Positions 12,238 through 26,315 of a stretch of DNA of 64,000 nt are shown here, piece by piece (positions within the stretch are counted from its first letter, which is position 1; every line of letters begins with the position of its first letter). Source of the DNA: Octopus vulgaris (Eukaryota); NCBI GenBank assembly GCA_951406725.2, contig OX597818.1:84134001-84198000 (forward strand). Reading direction: 5' to 3'. Under the pieces are notes generated by a model that was not told the DNA's origin, made no database searches, and saw only the letters and a program-made list of their open reading frames with translations. A program made the position numbers and the translations under genes.

Positions 12238-12328
12238 GCATATATGCATTCAAAAATATATACACATATTCATATTTTTATATACAAACATTTATATGTC
12301 TCTGTGTACGATACTATATGCGTACAGG

Positions 12329-12516
<188 letters not shown>

Positions 12517-12875
12517 TTTGTATTTATGTGCAAGTATGTACTGCTGCGAGGTGGAATCCAGTTGAGAGGTGAAAGGCCCAAAGCGCTAGTCATTTTTCCT
12601 TTGTCACTATTTCTGCATAAGAGATAGCTCTTCTTCTCAGAGAATTGATAATTGTGGCATCGAAATAATTTTTCATACATCTTCCTCTTATAAATTTTCC
12701 AGTCTCTTACTTGTAGTTATTTTCGTTATTATCGTTGTTCTTGTGTTCTCCTTCTGTTGCTGTTTCATCATCGTCCTCTTGTCGTCTCTACCACACCGAA
12801 CACAGAATGATGCAATGTTAAATAATGTTAAGGATATTCTCACGAAAACATAAACGGTGACACATCAAATTATTA

Positions 12876-12928
<53 letters not shown>

Positions 12929-12932
12929 GTTA

Positions 12933-12996
<64 letters not shown>

Positions 12997-12997
12997 G

Positions 12998-13047
<50 letters not shown>

Positions 13048-13048
13048 G

Positions 13049-13086
<38 letters not shown>

Positions 13087-13565
13087 GGTTATTATTATTA
13101 TTATTGTTGCTGTTGTTGTTGTTGTTGTTGTTATTATTATCTTCGGGTCTGGTTGATTATAACATGCGCAATTTTTTTTTGTGGGGGGAGAAGCCATCGG
13201 GTAAAATATATTATTATTTTTTTGTTTATTTCTTTTGTTGTTGCAGTTGGATATTTCCTTTGTTCGCTATATAAGGGAAAAGGAGACAGTCTGGAAAACG
13301 AAAGAGTTGTATATGAAGTCACAAAGAATTCATTGACAACGGACAGTATAGTTTTTCTGTTGAACAATAAAACTAATTCAGTTATGATTTCTTCCACCGA
13401 ATTTAGTTTTCGCGTTAAGAGAGAAACATGTTAGACTAATGTTGTTTTTTATTCTTAAAATAAGTTACATCAACTAATATACATGGCAAATAAACTGAAT
13501 ATACATGCATGCAATACATGTCTGTGTATGTATAGTAATATGCAGAGTGTATACTATATTACATA

Positions 13566-13609
<44 letters not shown>

Positions 13610-13628
13610 CAAAAAAATACGTAATATA

Positions 13629-14006
13629 TTCTTTTATTTGTTTCTGTCACTTGACTGCAACCATGCTGGAGCATCTTAAAGGGTGTTAGTTGAAGAAATC
13701 GACCCCGGAACTTATTCTTTGTAAGCCTAGTACTTATTCTATCGGTTCCTTGTGTCGAGCCGCTAAGTAACAGAGACATAAACACACTAGCGTTGGTTGT
13801 CAAGTAATGGCAGGGTGACAAACACTCACACACACAAATAAATACCTATATGTATATATATACGACAGGCTTCTTCCAGTTTCCGTTTACCAAATCCAGT
13901 CACAAGGCTTTGGTCGGCCTAATGCTATAGTAGAAAACACATGCCCAAGGTTCCAAGCAGTGGAACTGAAGCCAGAACTATATGGTTGGGAAATAAGCTT
14001 CTTACC
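13629..14006 (-). mobile_element. SINE family A
   Basis: Colinear with the 461-857 copy; the 5'-most bases are lost at the junction with the family C copy. Confidence 0.85.
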
Positions 14007-14011
14007 GTATA

Positions 14012-14340
14012 TGCATGGCTCAGTGGTTAAAGCGTCGAGTTTACGATTGTGAGGTTGTGAGTTCGAATCCCGGACCGGGCTGCGTGATGTGTTCTTCAGC
14101 AAGACACTTTATTTCACGTTGCTCCAGTTCATTCAGCTGTAGAAATGAGTTGCGACGTCACTGGTGCGAAGTTGTATTGGCTTTTGCTTTTCCCTTAGAT
14201 AACATCGGTGGTGTGGAGAGAGGAGGCCGGTATGCATGGGCGACTGCTGGTCTTCCACAAACAACCTTGCTCGGACTTTTGCTTGGGAGGGTAACTTTCT
14301 AGGTGCAAGCCCATGGTCAGTCATGACCGAAGGGGGTCTC
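14012..14340 (+). mobile_element. SINE family C (tRNA head plus CORE-like domain), tail type 1
   Basis: A box TGGCTCAGTGG, B box GTTCGAATCC, then GTGTTCTTCAGCAAGACACTTTATTTCACGTTGCTCCAG. Confidence 0.85.
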
Positions 14341-14341
14341 A

Positions 14342-14402
<61 letters not shown>

Positions 14403-14425
14403 TGCATGTATATATGTATAAGTGT

Positions 14426-14466
<41 letters not shown>

Positions 14467-14490
14467 TACACACCCACTCATACACGCATA

Positions 14491-15350
14491 CGAGGTTTTA
14501 TCAATAAAGTATCCAGGCTGTTGTCATTGTAACAAAGCTAAAACACGCCGAGTAAAGCGGCTTGGCACAGATTGACCTTGAACTCTGATGTGCATGTGCA
14601 CTAAGTTTTAACGTTCTAGTTCACTTCCGCTGTTTACAGCAATGTTTGGAACGAAAATGTGTAGCGTATGATCGTCACATTGACCATGATAGAGAAAGTT
14701 GTCATAGCTGCAAAAAGTTTATGGAGAGGAGTGTATGGGACGCACACAAGTGTACGAGTGCTTTAGACGTTTCCAAGATGGCTGAAAAAATATCGATATT
14801 CCCGATGGTTCTTGGAGACCCGCTACCAGCAGAACTGAGAAAAACATCGCAGATGTGCGTGCTACTAGGAGAGGAAATCTTCGAATTACCATCTGTGATT
14901 TATCAGAGGTTGTGCAGAATAGTTACGGTTCTGTTCCATCTACTGTCACAGCAGATTTGAGTATCACTGAAGATTTCGTTATGTCTGCCAAGCTTGTGCC
15001 AAAAAAGCATTCAGCTGACGAAAGAGACACTCAGGTCTCAGTTGCACGAGATCTTGATTGTGTGGAGAACAATGAAAACTGTTTGAAAACATTGCGTAGG
15101 TCTTTGAGCAGGTTTCGCCAAGCTTTTGACATAATTCGATGCAGATTTTCTACTCAACTTTCTCTGTCATTGTCAATGCGACGATGACACGCTGCACACC
15201 TTTCTTCCAAGCGCTGCTGTAAACAGCTCTAGTGAGATAGAATGATAAAACTTAGTTCACATGCACAGCCGTGTTCTCGGTCAATCTGTGCCCAGCGGCT
15301 TTAGCCTCGTTGCTATAGCAACAGACCGTATACTTATTGATTAGACCACG
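14491..15350 (+). mobile_element. Non-autonomous mariner derivative with about 200-bp TIRs and a 5' transposase fragment
   Basis: TA|CGAGGTTTTATCAATAAAGTATCC ... TACTTATTGATTAGACCACG|TA. The interior encodes VYGEECMGRTQVYECFRRFQDG...RPATSRTEKNIADV...SAKLVPK (mariner HTH and WVPK-like linker). Confidence 0.85.
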
Positions 15351-15649
15351 TATGTATATCTTGTACGTGGTACGGAACAGTCATAACCAACATGACAAAG
15401 GTCAACATCACATGGCCGAATGCTGAGAAACCATAGGTAACAGAAGCCACTTGAACCAACATTTTGGCCAATATGCTCGTTTGCACTGGTGGAACTGATA
15501 TCATCAATAGTACACCTTCAAAGAAATGGTGGAACACACACATACACACACACACACGCATAAACAAACGTAATCTGTGTATGTAACTTAAGGTGGATGT
15601 AACCTAGAAAGCATGGTATATATCATGCGAAAGAATCTCGTATAGACGT

Positions 15650-18438
15650 ATAGCGCAAAAAGGCACAGAATGATATCTGTACTAGATGAAATACGTACAT
15701 CAATAGTAGTAGAATTGCTAAATCCAAATTTCTGCTTTTTTGAGCGTCATCAGTAGCAAGTAGTCACTAGCAACCGCATGTTTAAATAAATTTAGCCCTA
15801 CTGATATAGAAAAACAGTGAGTAACGTATCACACCTGTCGCATATTGCCATCAGGTTGAGTAAAATATCACTATTTGTGACAGAAGTATTATGATTTTAA
15901 GAGAGTATTTAATCCATATACTTCTGGAATTCTGTACGTCTATACGATTTATTTTCTCGAGAGGAATACTCGAGAGGTACAGTGTATTGACGTCAAGCAA
16001 TATGTGCAGAATGCCATTTTGATCTAATGCTGCTTCCGTCGGTAATAATAGTTTCTACACAGCCTACGGGCAATTTGCGAAACGAGAGATTTGTAATCAC
16101 AGTTTTTCTATATCAATAGAAAGTGTATTCTTAATTTTGAAAGCAAGACTCAGCAGAACTTTCAGTTACCAAACGTTAAAATTATAACGCTAGAAGGCCT
16201 TGTTTTGTGCCAGTTTCAAAAGCAAGATTTGTTTCGAGTACACAACATAAATTCTTCAGCAAGAGTGCCTCTAGAATTTTTGGATACAATTTGAGAAAAT
16301 GTGATTATCGTTTTACTATTTCTTGACATATAATCGACTGTACGCGATGGAGACAGCGAAAGACACTAAATCTTTAATAAGCATTCTGGCAAGTTTTGAT
16401 ACGATACAAAGAAAACTATCACAACTGGTCAAAAATATCCACTGTTAAATATATGAGCATTTGTTCCTGATTCAACAAATGGATAAAGTGTGATGAATCA
16501 AATCGCTGAAACCATCATGTATGTAATTTCGCTGGAATTCTCTTCGAGTTATCTTCACAGTTAGTCAGATCTCCGGCTTATTTTTTTCTCTAAATCAAAG
16601 CCGCAACGATAGAACGCATATATTAAATATGCCCATGCAAGGATTAAAAAAGTGAACAAGTTCTATTCATATCTTGGCCATGTGATTGCAAAGAGGTCAT
16701 TTGAAAAAGTTGCAATAATTCATCCCACAAAATTACCTCTTTAGCTCTTTCCATTTCTATTATAGCTGAAACCTTTCATGAGTGTGTTATTATTTCCTCT
16801 TAATCATTGTTATACGAAATTGCATGTATTACATTTTTATTTAAGAGAACCTATGTAAATATGTTCTCTTTTGGGGTTATATTTTTTGTATCTGTTAGAA
16901 TTGGCCCCTTGATATCTAATTTTTGTTTTGAAATCAGCAAAGAATCACTACTATTTGGCACCGTCGAGTAAAATTTGCTCGACTGTTTGACCTTCTATTG
17001 TTTAAAACTTCATGAACCTTTCTCCTAATTCCGATGCCAAAACAGTGAAAATCAGCTAGCTTTCCTTTGGTTTATTTGATGACGCAGAATCCAATGAAAT
17101 AGAATACTTATTTTTAATCATTACACAAGCAGTGCAATCCAATACGCTGGATTCAAACAGATCAATGAATTCTTTACACATTTTAGATAGATATGATTTA
17201 TGTTCCCAATATTTGTTTCCAGGATTATTCCCTGCAAGAAAAGCAAAGTACTCCAACAGCAGTTCTAACAACCTCAATTAATCACGAAAAAATCCAATAA
17301 CTTCGTCCCCACCAGGAAATGAAAGCCTTCATTCTGTTAAAAAAAAATTCAATTATTTCCTTTGCGAGCGAGTATCAATACTTTTGTTCAGTCTCTATAT
17401 CTTTCACAAGCTGGTAGCTGACATATTCACCTCATTTTTATATACATCAAAAGTGAAATTAGAGCTTGTTTATGCGAGCGACTTCCTTCATGTTATAAGA
17501 TCGCTTACATTTTTCCAGTCATTAAACCTTTCTCCATTGAATGTAGATGAACATCCTAAAGTCATAACTTAGCATGGAAAACAGAACTGGCTGCCTTTGC
17601 TCTTTGAATGGCATAACTAATTTCTTCAGCGTTGCTTGTATGTTTATGAATATATGTGAACTAAAACTTCTGAGAGTGCCGCAGTTCGTTTTCATTGTCA
17701 TACAATTTCATGGATGAAGAGAAGTCACTGTTAACTTGTTGACATTTATCACTTTCCTTGGCTATCCACTATTCACAATCATCATCATCATCGACAATGT
17801 TTGAACATTTATAAATATCATTAAGATACTTGTTCTTTTAATTTGTTGACTTACAATCAATGTAAACTGACTGTTGTTGTTTACGTACTACCGTATTATT
17901 ACTGGTGTCCTCCATATTCCCAGTTTCAGACATTGCTGTCTGTAAAATCATTAAAATATCCTGTCATATTATACGTTTTTGATATTACAAATTGATCTTT
18001 TCTTTCTTATTTCTTGTTTCGCTTTATGTTTTACTCTTCCAGAAATATATTGAGGTCTAATATTTCTGTTTCTGTTGCTCATTGATATCGGTAATGGAAA
18101 AAAATTCAATAAAATATCTCTTAGCAAACAAATAATGTATGTAAATAAACACGTTAACAATGGTGGCAAACAAACATTGTATGTTATAATGCAACAGTTT
18201 CATAACGCACTATGTCATAAGGTAATATACCACAAGGGCTTTTGAAAATAAAAACCAGTGTATTTCCAAAAATAAAATACTGCTCAAAATATTTGACAGC
18301 AAATATTTTTCTTATTTAAATCTATTCGATGGAGAATAAAATTAAAATTCAAACTTTCGTCAAAAAGAATTAATTATATATTTTACATATATTTTACTGG
18401 GCAGTCACAATCGCCGTACTTATATAGGCACGTATCTG
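15650..18438 (-). pseudogene. Ancient hAT transposon relic (TTF zinc finger / DUF4371, ZMYM1/Tip100-like transposase)
   Basis: Colinear degenerate motifs: MSNRNRNIRPQYISGRVKHKAK (about 18080), FCFPC and FNDWKN (about 17580-17510), RLSFPGGDE...LLELLLEYFAFLA...SYLS...KEFIDL...YSISLDS (17330-17090), a RGQ-like motif (about 16905) and a dimerisation-like remnant (about 15800). Boundaries are approximate. Confidence 0.75.
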
Positions 18439-18507
18439 CTTTGTATTTATTGAAATTTCATAAGTTGTTTCTTTTTCTAACAATTATATCTATGAATAGA
18501 ATAAATC

Positions 18508-19288
18508 AAGGAGATGGCAGAATTGTTACCGTACCGGTAAAATTGCTTTTCTTTATTTCTTCCGGATCTTTATGTTCTGTGTTCAAATTCACCCGAGGTC
18601 GATTTTGCATTTGGGCACTCCGAGTTTAATAAAATAAGAACCTGTAGAGCACTTGGATTGATATAATTAGCTTTCATCCTCCCCTAGATTTGTTGGACTT
18701 GTAACAAAATTCAAAATCATTATTTTTAAGGTGGTGACTCGGCAGAATCGTTAGTGCACCTCTTTTGCTTGTTTCAGTAATTTGACTGTGGCCATGCTGG
18801 AGCACCGCCTTTAGTCAAGCAAATCTACCCCAGGACCTATTCTTTGTAAGCCTAGTACTTATTCTATCGGTCTCTTTTGCCGAACCGCTAAGTTGCGGTG
18901 ACGTAAACTTACCAGCATCGGTTGTCAAGCGATGTTGGGGGGACAAACACAGACACATAAACATATACACACACACATATATACATATATACGACTGGCT
19001 TCTTTCAGTTTCCGTCTACCAAATCCTTTCACGAGGCTATAGTAGAAGACACTTGCCCAAGGTCCCACGCAGTGGGACTGAACGCGGAACCATGTGGTTC
19101 TTAAACAAGCTACTTACCACACAGCCCCCTCCTACGCCTATTCTTTGCGATATTTCTTCCGGTTCTTTACTTTACCTTTCATCCTTTCGGGGTCAATAAA
19201 AGAAAACTAGGTAAGGACAATGGCCAATGTAATCGAATCTCCCAATCTTCAAAATTGCTGTCTTTGAGTCAAAATTAAACAGATTATC
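18508..19288 (+). mobile_element. Two tandem family B SINEs; the second is split by a family A insertion
   Basis: Copy 1 is 18508-18724. Copy 2 has its head at 18728-18760 and its remainder at 19141-19288 (CCTTTCATCCTTTCGGGGTCAATAAA). Confidence 0.7.
18761..19140 (-). mobile_element. SINE family A nested in a family B copy
   Basis: Near full-length copy colinear with the other family A copies. Confidence 0.85.
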
Positions 19289-19997
19289 TATGAATGACTT
19301 AGATTATGGCCTGAATGTATTCTAAAGTTATGTTGCATCATAAATATATGGAGGATTACCACGTAATAATATATCAGCCATACTGATACAACAGGAGCAG
19401 TACCCAATATATCTAGCTGCACGTATACGACATTTGTAAGAAAGAAACTTATCCTTACTACAGAATCGATGAATAAGAAATAACTTATAAACACAACAAG
19501 AACTTATAACCATAACACGTCTCAAACTTCATTGACTCATTCATGACTGATCCCGGACAGCATAATGTGTTCAGCTGCTACGCTTATCTAGAACTGATCT
19601 GTGATAACACGGGTCTGCAATCAGTCAATGACTTTACTTGAATTGCAAAAGCGCCTCCTAGCTACCATCCACAATGCTCTATAAAAGTTGAGGCTTCAGA
19701 AGGAAAACTATTTTTCTCGTATACTCTACTATTCATTTATCGCTGATTTATTTAATACTGTATGTTTACTGTTTTCAAAATTAACACACGTAATAAACGA
19801 GGGTCAAAGTACTACAAATACACCAAAATAAAGAAAACTCCACTTAAACACTTAACCACAATCTAGCAAATAACAGGACAGTCTACAGAAAACCAATATA
19901 ATGTACAAACTTGAATGTAGATATGAAAGCTGTGCATAAATTTCCAGTCTCTTAAACTATTACATTGGATACACAATTACTACACACTCTCTTCCGT

Positions 19998-20247
19998 TTA
20001 CTCTTTTACTTGTTTCAGCCATTTGACAGTGGCCATGCTGGAGTACTGCCTTTAGTCGAGCAAATCGATTCCAGGACTTATTCTTTGTAAGCCTAGTACT
20101 TATTCTATAGGTCTCTTTTGCCGCACCGCTAAGTTACGGGGACGTAAACATACCAGCATCGGTTGTCAAGTGATGTTGGGGGGACAAACACAGATACACA
20201 AACATATACACACACATACACACACACATACATATCTATATATATGT

Positions 20248-20299
<52 letters not shown>

Positions 20300-20454
20300 G
20301 ACGGGCTTCTTTCAGTTTCCGTCTACCAAATCCACTCACAAGGCTTTGATCGGCCTGAGGCTACAGTAGAAAACACTTGCCCAAGGTGCCATGCAATTGG
20401 ACTGAACCCGGAACCACGTGGATCGTAGGCACGCTACGTACCAAACAGCCACTC
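19998..20454 (-). mobile_element. SINE family A
   Basis: Colinear copy with the internal CA/TA microsatellite. Confidence 0.85.
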
Positions 20455-20844
20455 TTACTTGATTATGTATTTACAAGAAATTGCAGTTTATTATGATTTA
20501 GAACAAAAATTATAACTGGATATTTTAATACTAACTGAGACAATTAAGTATATACATATATATATATACACTCACAATGCAAAACTCGGTACAGAGGTAC
20601 GTCGCTTCTAAAACGAATCATGAAATCTACCAGGGTTTAACCGTTGAATATATCTTGAAGTCTGGGGTTGATGATTTTAACAGTTAAAACAGCATCGCTA
20701 TGATCATTTGGTGACATTCTACAAAGGGCACATGCAATACTCTATTGTTATCTCAAGATTGTTATGACGATGAATCAGGAAGGGCCCGGAAAATTAATCT
20801 ACTAATAGGGATCGGGACGCTCTTATTCAAAGCTAAATATCAAA

Positions 20845-21203
20845 ACCTTGGGCAAGTGTATTCTACAATAGCCTCGGGCCGACCAAAGCCTTGTGAGTGG
20901 ATTTTGTAGACGGAAACTGAAAGAAGCCCATCGTATATATATATATATATGTGTGTGTGCGTGCGTGTATGTGTGTGTGTGTGTGTTTATGTGTTTGTGT
21001 TTGTCCCCCCAACATTGCTTGGCAACCGATGGTGGTGTGTTTACGTCCCCATAACTTAGAGGTTCGGTAAAAGGGACCGATGGAATACGTACTAAGCTCA
21101 CAAAGAATAAGTCTTGGGGTCGATTTCCTCGACTAAAGGCGGTGCTCCAACATGACCACAGTCAAATGACTGAAACAAGTGAAAGAGTAAAAGCGCAAAA
21201 GAG
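20845..21203 (+). mobile_element. SINE family A, 5'-truncated
   Basis: Starts at ACCTTGGGCAAGTG and ends GACTGAAACAAGTGAAAGAGTAAAAG. Confidence 0.85.
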
Positions 21204-21514
21204 AAATATGAAGAATACTTTACACATGTTTACTGGCGATGCTCTGGCGTGGCCACAGCATTTGGAGTGACACGTAAAAAGAAAATAAATGAAAAAAAGT
21301 GCTCTACACTACGCAAAGTGTTAGAAAAAACCTGAATGTGTTTTTTATAACACTAAGCGTCGTGTAGGGAGTTTTCCCAGGACGCTACGCAGCAGCATAC
21401 TGGCGTAGAAAAAAAACACAAAACACTATGTATGGGCAACCGATAATGTGTATATTTAAGCTGCTTTTAATTCGAAATATCTTTTATCGTTTATCTTTAA
21501 CATTCATGGAAGAA

Positions 21515-21893
21515 TTTTTAGTCGAATGAATAAACCACATTACTTAATTTCTCAAGCCTTGAACTAATTCTATCGGACACACTTCTCGAACAACTAGCTT
21601 ACGATGACGTAAACAACGACATCGGTTGACCACACACACACACACGTACACACACACATATATATGTACACACACATACACTCACATACACTCACACACA
21701 CACTCACACACATATATATATGTGTGTGTGTGTGTGTGTTTGCGTGTGTATGACGGCCTTCTTTCAGTCTCTGTCTACCAAATGCACTCACAACGCTTTG
21801 GTCGTCCCAAGGCATTAGTGCACCGTAGTAGGACTCAGCTTTGAACCATGTCTTTGCGAATCAGACTTCTTACCATACAGAAAACGTTGCGCC
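21515..21893 (-). mobile_element. SINE family A, degenerate
   Basis: CTTCTTTCAGTCTCTGTCTACCAAATGCACTCACAACGCTTTGGTCG and other blocks are retained. Confidence 0.7.
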
Positions 21894-21936
21894 TATATAT
21901 TTGTGAATATATATGTGTTAGTGTGTGTGTGTGCGT

Positions 21937-21990
<54 letters not shown>

Positions 21991-22591
21991 GGCAGAATAA
22001 CATAAACGTCGTGTGATTCTATCCAATTCAGACATACATATATTATATTCCCTTTCATTTAATTAATTAGTAATGACTATAATCACTATAGTGCAATGTA
22101 ATTATTTTTCCCAACACAAGATCGCAGACCAAATCACTTGCCAAACAGCTATAAATGAAGAACGAACGTGTCAGTGCCTGCATGTGTGTGTGTGTGTGTT
22201 TGTGTGTGTATGTGTGCGTGTGTGTTCTAGACTATGTAAGCCGCGACAAAACTTTGGTAAAAATTTGTGTCGGGATACTGACATCTTACCCGAGGGTGTC
22301 AGAGACATTTGTCTCTAATCCGTTTCAGATTACACAAATCATATTAACATTTTAATCTATTCAGGAATTATTCCCCTGGGAAATCTTGATTATCAAAATA
22401 ACCTATCTCTTGAAACCAATAGCGGTCCATTTCGCTTGGACATGATTGTTTGTTATACTAACTTGATCAATTAATTTTCCGTGAATATTGTGTTCGATGA
22501 GTTCAAAAATTCAATCATCTGTGACTTTCCGATATGTATTAAACTATTGCACAATGCTTAATATATAAGTCTGTGTGTGTCTGTGTATGTA

Positions 22592-22920
22592 GCGGAGGTG
22601 CATGGGGGATGTATATATATATGGATGCGTATTAGGAGCATTCGGCTTAAGTCTTTAAAGTCGTGAGTTCGATTTCTGGCGGCGTGTTGTGTCCTTTATT
22701 TCACATTGCCCCAGTTCACTCAGGAAGCAAAAATAGATTGTAACAGTAATTCAAAGGGCAAGCGTTGTCACATATTTTCTCACCCTGCATCTTCCTGAGA
22801 ACTACATGAAGGGTATGCTTGTCTGCGGAGTGCTCAGCCCCTTCCGCGGTAATATGACGGCCAGGCTGTTCCATTGATCGGATTAACTGGAACATTCGTC
22901 ATCGTAATCGACGGAGTGCC
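22592..22920 (+). mobile_element. SINE family C, tail type 2
   Basis: GAGTTCGATTTC B box, CORE-like block, tail GGCTGTTCCATTGATCGGATTAACTGGAAC...CGACGGAGTGCC. Confidence 0.75.
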
Positions 22921-23166
22921 AGGGTGGACGCAAATATAAATACATATATATATTTATATGATTATGTATACATCTATATGTACATATATCAACATTTATG
23001 TATACATACATGCATATATGCATGCATATATACATACATAGATAGCTAGATGGTTTGATGAATATATGGATAGGGAAATAAATAACGTCACTGATATGTA
23101 TACACACGCACACACGTATATATAATTTTATATATATGCATGTATGTGTGTGTGTATATATATATA

Positions 23167-23243
<77 letters not shown>

Positions 23244-23732
23244 CGAGGGAGAGGGAGAGAGACAGGCAGACAGACAGACAGATAGACAGACAGATTATAT
23301 TAAGAGACTAGAGAATGGAAAAAATAGAAATTTCACTGAAACAGGATTTGAACTTAGAATGTTGAAGAACGAATACCAATGCTTAAATACAACTCTAATG
23401 CGGGTGGCTCCTGTATTTTCTGTTCCCACAGCAGTTTAAAGATCTATAACCAAAAGTAAGAAACCTCTCTAAATGACGCAACATTTTTTCCTTGGTTGCT
23501 TTACTCACTGGATTGTGAATTTCCCTTGAAATTAAAATTGGTGACTCTGTTCGTATAGATACACAAATATGTTTGTGCTTTTGTGAGTATATATGCATGG
23601 GTGCAGCGTATGCGTGCGTATAAGGTGTGAAATATGCTGGGGTTATGTATGAGTGTTATCGCATAGGCGACGAATGAATGCACAGCCTTAGTCAGGCTCG
23701 AATATTACAAACAAAATCATACAAAATGCATC

Positions 23733-23800
<68 letters not shown>

Positions 23801-24112
23801 ATATATATACTTATGTATGCATATAAGTATACGTACAGACACACACATATATATATGTATGTATGTATGTATCTGCGTGTGTTTGTGTGTGTGTGTGTTT
23901 GTGTGTGTGTGTGATTCTATCAATATATAATCGCAAACATGGAAAGATAGAAAAGTGTATGTAAATATGTACCTATGCATATTTGTAAATGTATACGTGA
24001 GCATACGCATATATATTCTTTTATTTATTTACTTGTTTCAGTCATTTGACTGCTGCCATGCTGGACCCCCATATGCATATATATATATAAAACATATATA
24101 TATATATATGTA

Positions 24113-24143
<31 letters not shown>

Positions 24144-24290
24144 CAGGCATGTATTATACGTATGTATGTACATACATGAGTGTATGTGCATTTATGTATG
24201 TATACTCGAAGGCACAGAAAGATATAGTAATGTGTATGTAAATATATACTTACGTATATATGTAAATGTATACGTATGCATACACATACA

Positions 24291-25151
24291 TGTGTCGTCT
24301 ATTTGAATGTTTTGCATTCTTGTCCCATTTTGTATTTTTTTATATATATTTTTCATACATATATTATTGTTGCGTAGCGTACATCTTGTTCTCTTATGTA
24401 TGTAAGCATTCCACTACTGTACGACTTCTACACACACTTTCTCTATACTTCACTAGTCTCTGTCTTTCTCTTTTCTCGCCTCTGATTCTTTGGTCTCCTC
24501 TTCCCCCACTCTCTCACCTATCTCTGTCTTTCTCACATTGCACCTCAGTGATTCTGTCGTCAAGCCAATCCTTGGCACGCTCTCTTTCTTCTCTCCTCTT
24601 TAATTCCTTCTTTCTCCCCCCTCCCACTTTGGTGCCTTTGTCCCTCTTTTCACTCTCTCTCTTTGATTCCTTTGCCCCTTTTTTTCTCTCTCTTCTCATC
24701 TCACGTGACCACCGGTCAACTAGCCTTTCGGCTTCTGACCACCGCCACGACAACATCGAATTCTTCGTCTGCCGTAAATGCATTTTTTTCCAAATGCGCC
24801 AGCTAAGCTAAGCTGAACTGTCTAAAGTCGTAAGACACCCGCTGTTTTTGTTCTGTTATTACTATTGTTGTTTTTTGTATTTATATTCGTGTGGCATCGT
24901 CCGTTTTTCTGTCCTTGTTTCGTGTGCATTCGATCTCTTTTCCAAGAGATCTGGTGCTCGTGGCTTAGTTTTTCCTTGGGGCTGGCCGGATCGGAGCGGT
25001 CTCAAGATTGGTCGGCCGAGATTGCGGGGATGATCCGGTTCTTGACTGGAGATTGGAGGCTTCGAGTGACCCATCCGTATTTTGTGTCGTCTATTTGAGT
25101 GTTTTGCGTTCTTCTCCCATTTTGTATTTTTTATATGTAATTTTTATACAT
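24291..25151 (+). mobile_element. Non-coding element bounded by about 70-bp direct repeats (pLTR-like, putative non-autonomous Penelope-type)
   Basis: TGTGTCGTCTATTTGA(A/G)TGTTTTGC...CCCATTTTGTATTTTTT at 24291-24360 and 25083-25151, with a CT-rich body and microsatellite flanks. Confidence 0.55.
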
Positions 25152-25193
<42 letters not shown>

Positions 25194-25321
25194 AAATATA
25201 TACATATATACATAGATGTATACATGCATTTATATATACATATATACATATATAGATATATACGTATGTTTGTATGTATGCATGTGTAAAGGATATTAGT
25301 AATACACTGGGGGGGGGGGAA

Positions 25322-25635
25322 GCACTCCGTCGGTTACGACGATGAGGGTTCCGGTAGATCCGAATCAACGGAACAGCTTACTCGTGAAATTAACTTGTAA
25401 GTGGCTGAGCACTCCACAGACACGTGCACCCTTAACGTAGTTCTCGGGGATATTCAGCGTGACACAGAGAGTGACAAGGCCGGCCCCTTGAAATATAGGT
25501 ACAACAGAAACAGGAAGTAAGAGTGAGAGAAAGTTGTGGTGAAAGAGTACAGCAGGGATCACCACCATCCCCTGCCGGAGCCTCGTGGAGCTTTTAGGTG
25601 TTTTCGCTCAATAAACACTCAATAAACACTCACAA
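25322..25635 (-). mobile_element. SINE family C variant, tail type 2, head missing
   Basis: GCACTCCGTCGGTTACGACGATGAGGGTTCC...GTGGCTGAGCACTCCACAGACA is the reverse complement of the tail at 22.8-22.9 kb. Confidence 0.75.
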
Positions 25636-25792
25636 CTAGTGTGTGCGGCAATATAAAAAAGAGAAAAACAGGATTTAGTGAAAGCACTCAATACTGCTAA
25701 GCATTGTTAACTATTTCTCGGGGATTTTTCTACTCATCTTCATGTAGTTGGAAGATGTGAAGAAAATCCTCCCGTTAGGTGTACACATAGAC

Positions 25793-26315
25793 CAGGGGTG
25801 GAGAAACTTTTTAGTGCAGTAGGCAAAAATTTCCAATGTAAACAGTCCGTAGGCGGACCACAACTTCTAACTCTTATCTCTGTATAGATCTTGTATATAT
25901 CTATGTATAATTCGATATACATTAATAAAGATAAGCCTAACACATTAAATTAACGCGTAACATCTTTCTTTACCCCGCCACTGAATGTAAGACGTTTATA
26001 TTACTTACGCGGTATTCTATATATTTTCAGCTAGAGTACAGTTGGGTCTCAAGGGGTTGGTACAAACATAGCAACGTGTTTTGTAGTGAAAACTAACTTT
26101 TCATTCAAGTGGAACCATTTCTGTTCGAATCTAACCGAATCTAACCGTAGTGGAAACGCGATCTATGTCGCAAATAGGCATGTGAATTCTGTATAAATTT
26201 TATAATTGAAACATTTATTATATCTTGTACATACAGGTATATCGGTCTACAGGCGCAATAGAATGTGCTCGCGGGCGCAATTGCACCTGCGGCCGGGGAG
26301 GTTCCCCCACCCCTG
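25793..26315. mobile_element. hAT (Charlie-type) MITE with perfect 8-bp TSD
   Basis: TIRs CAGGGGTGGAGAAACTT / AGGTTCCCCCACCCCTG; TSD ACATAGAC at 25785-25792 and 26316-26323. Confidence 0.92.
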
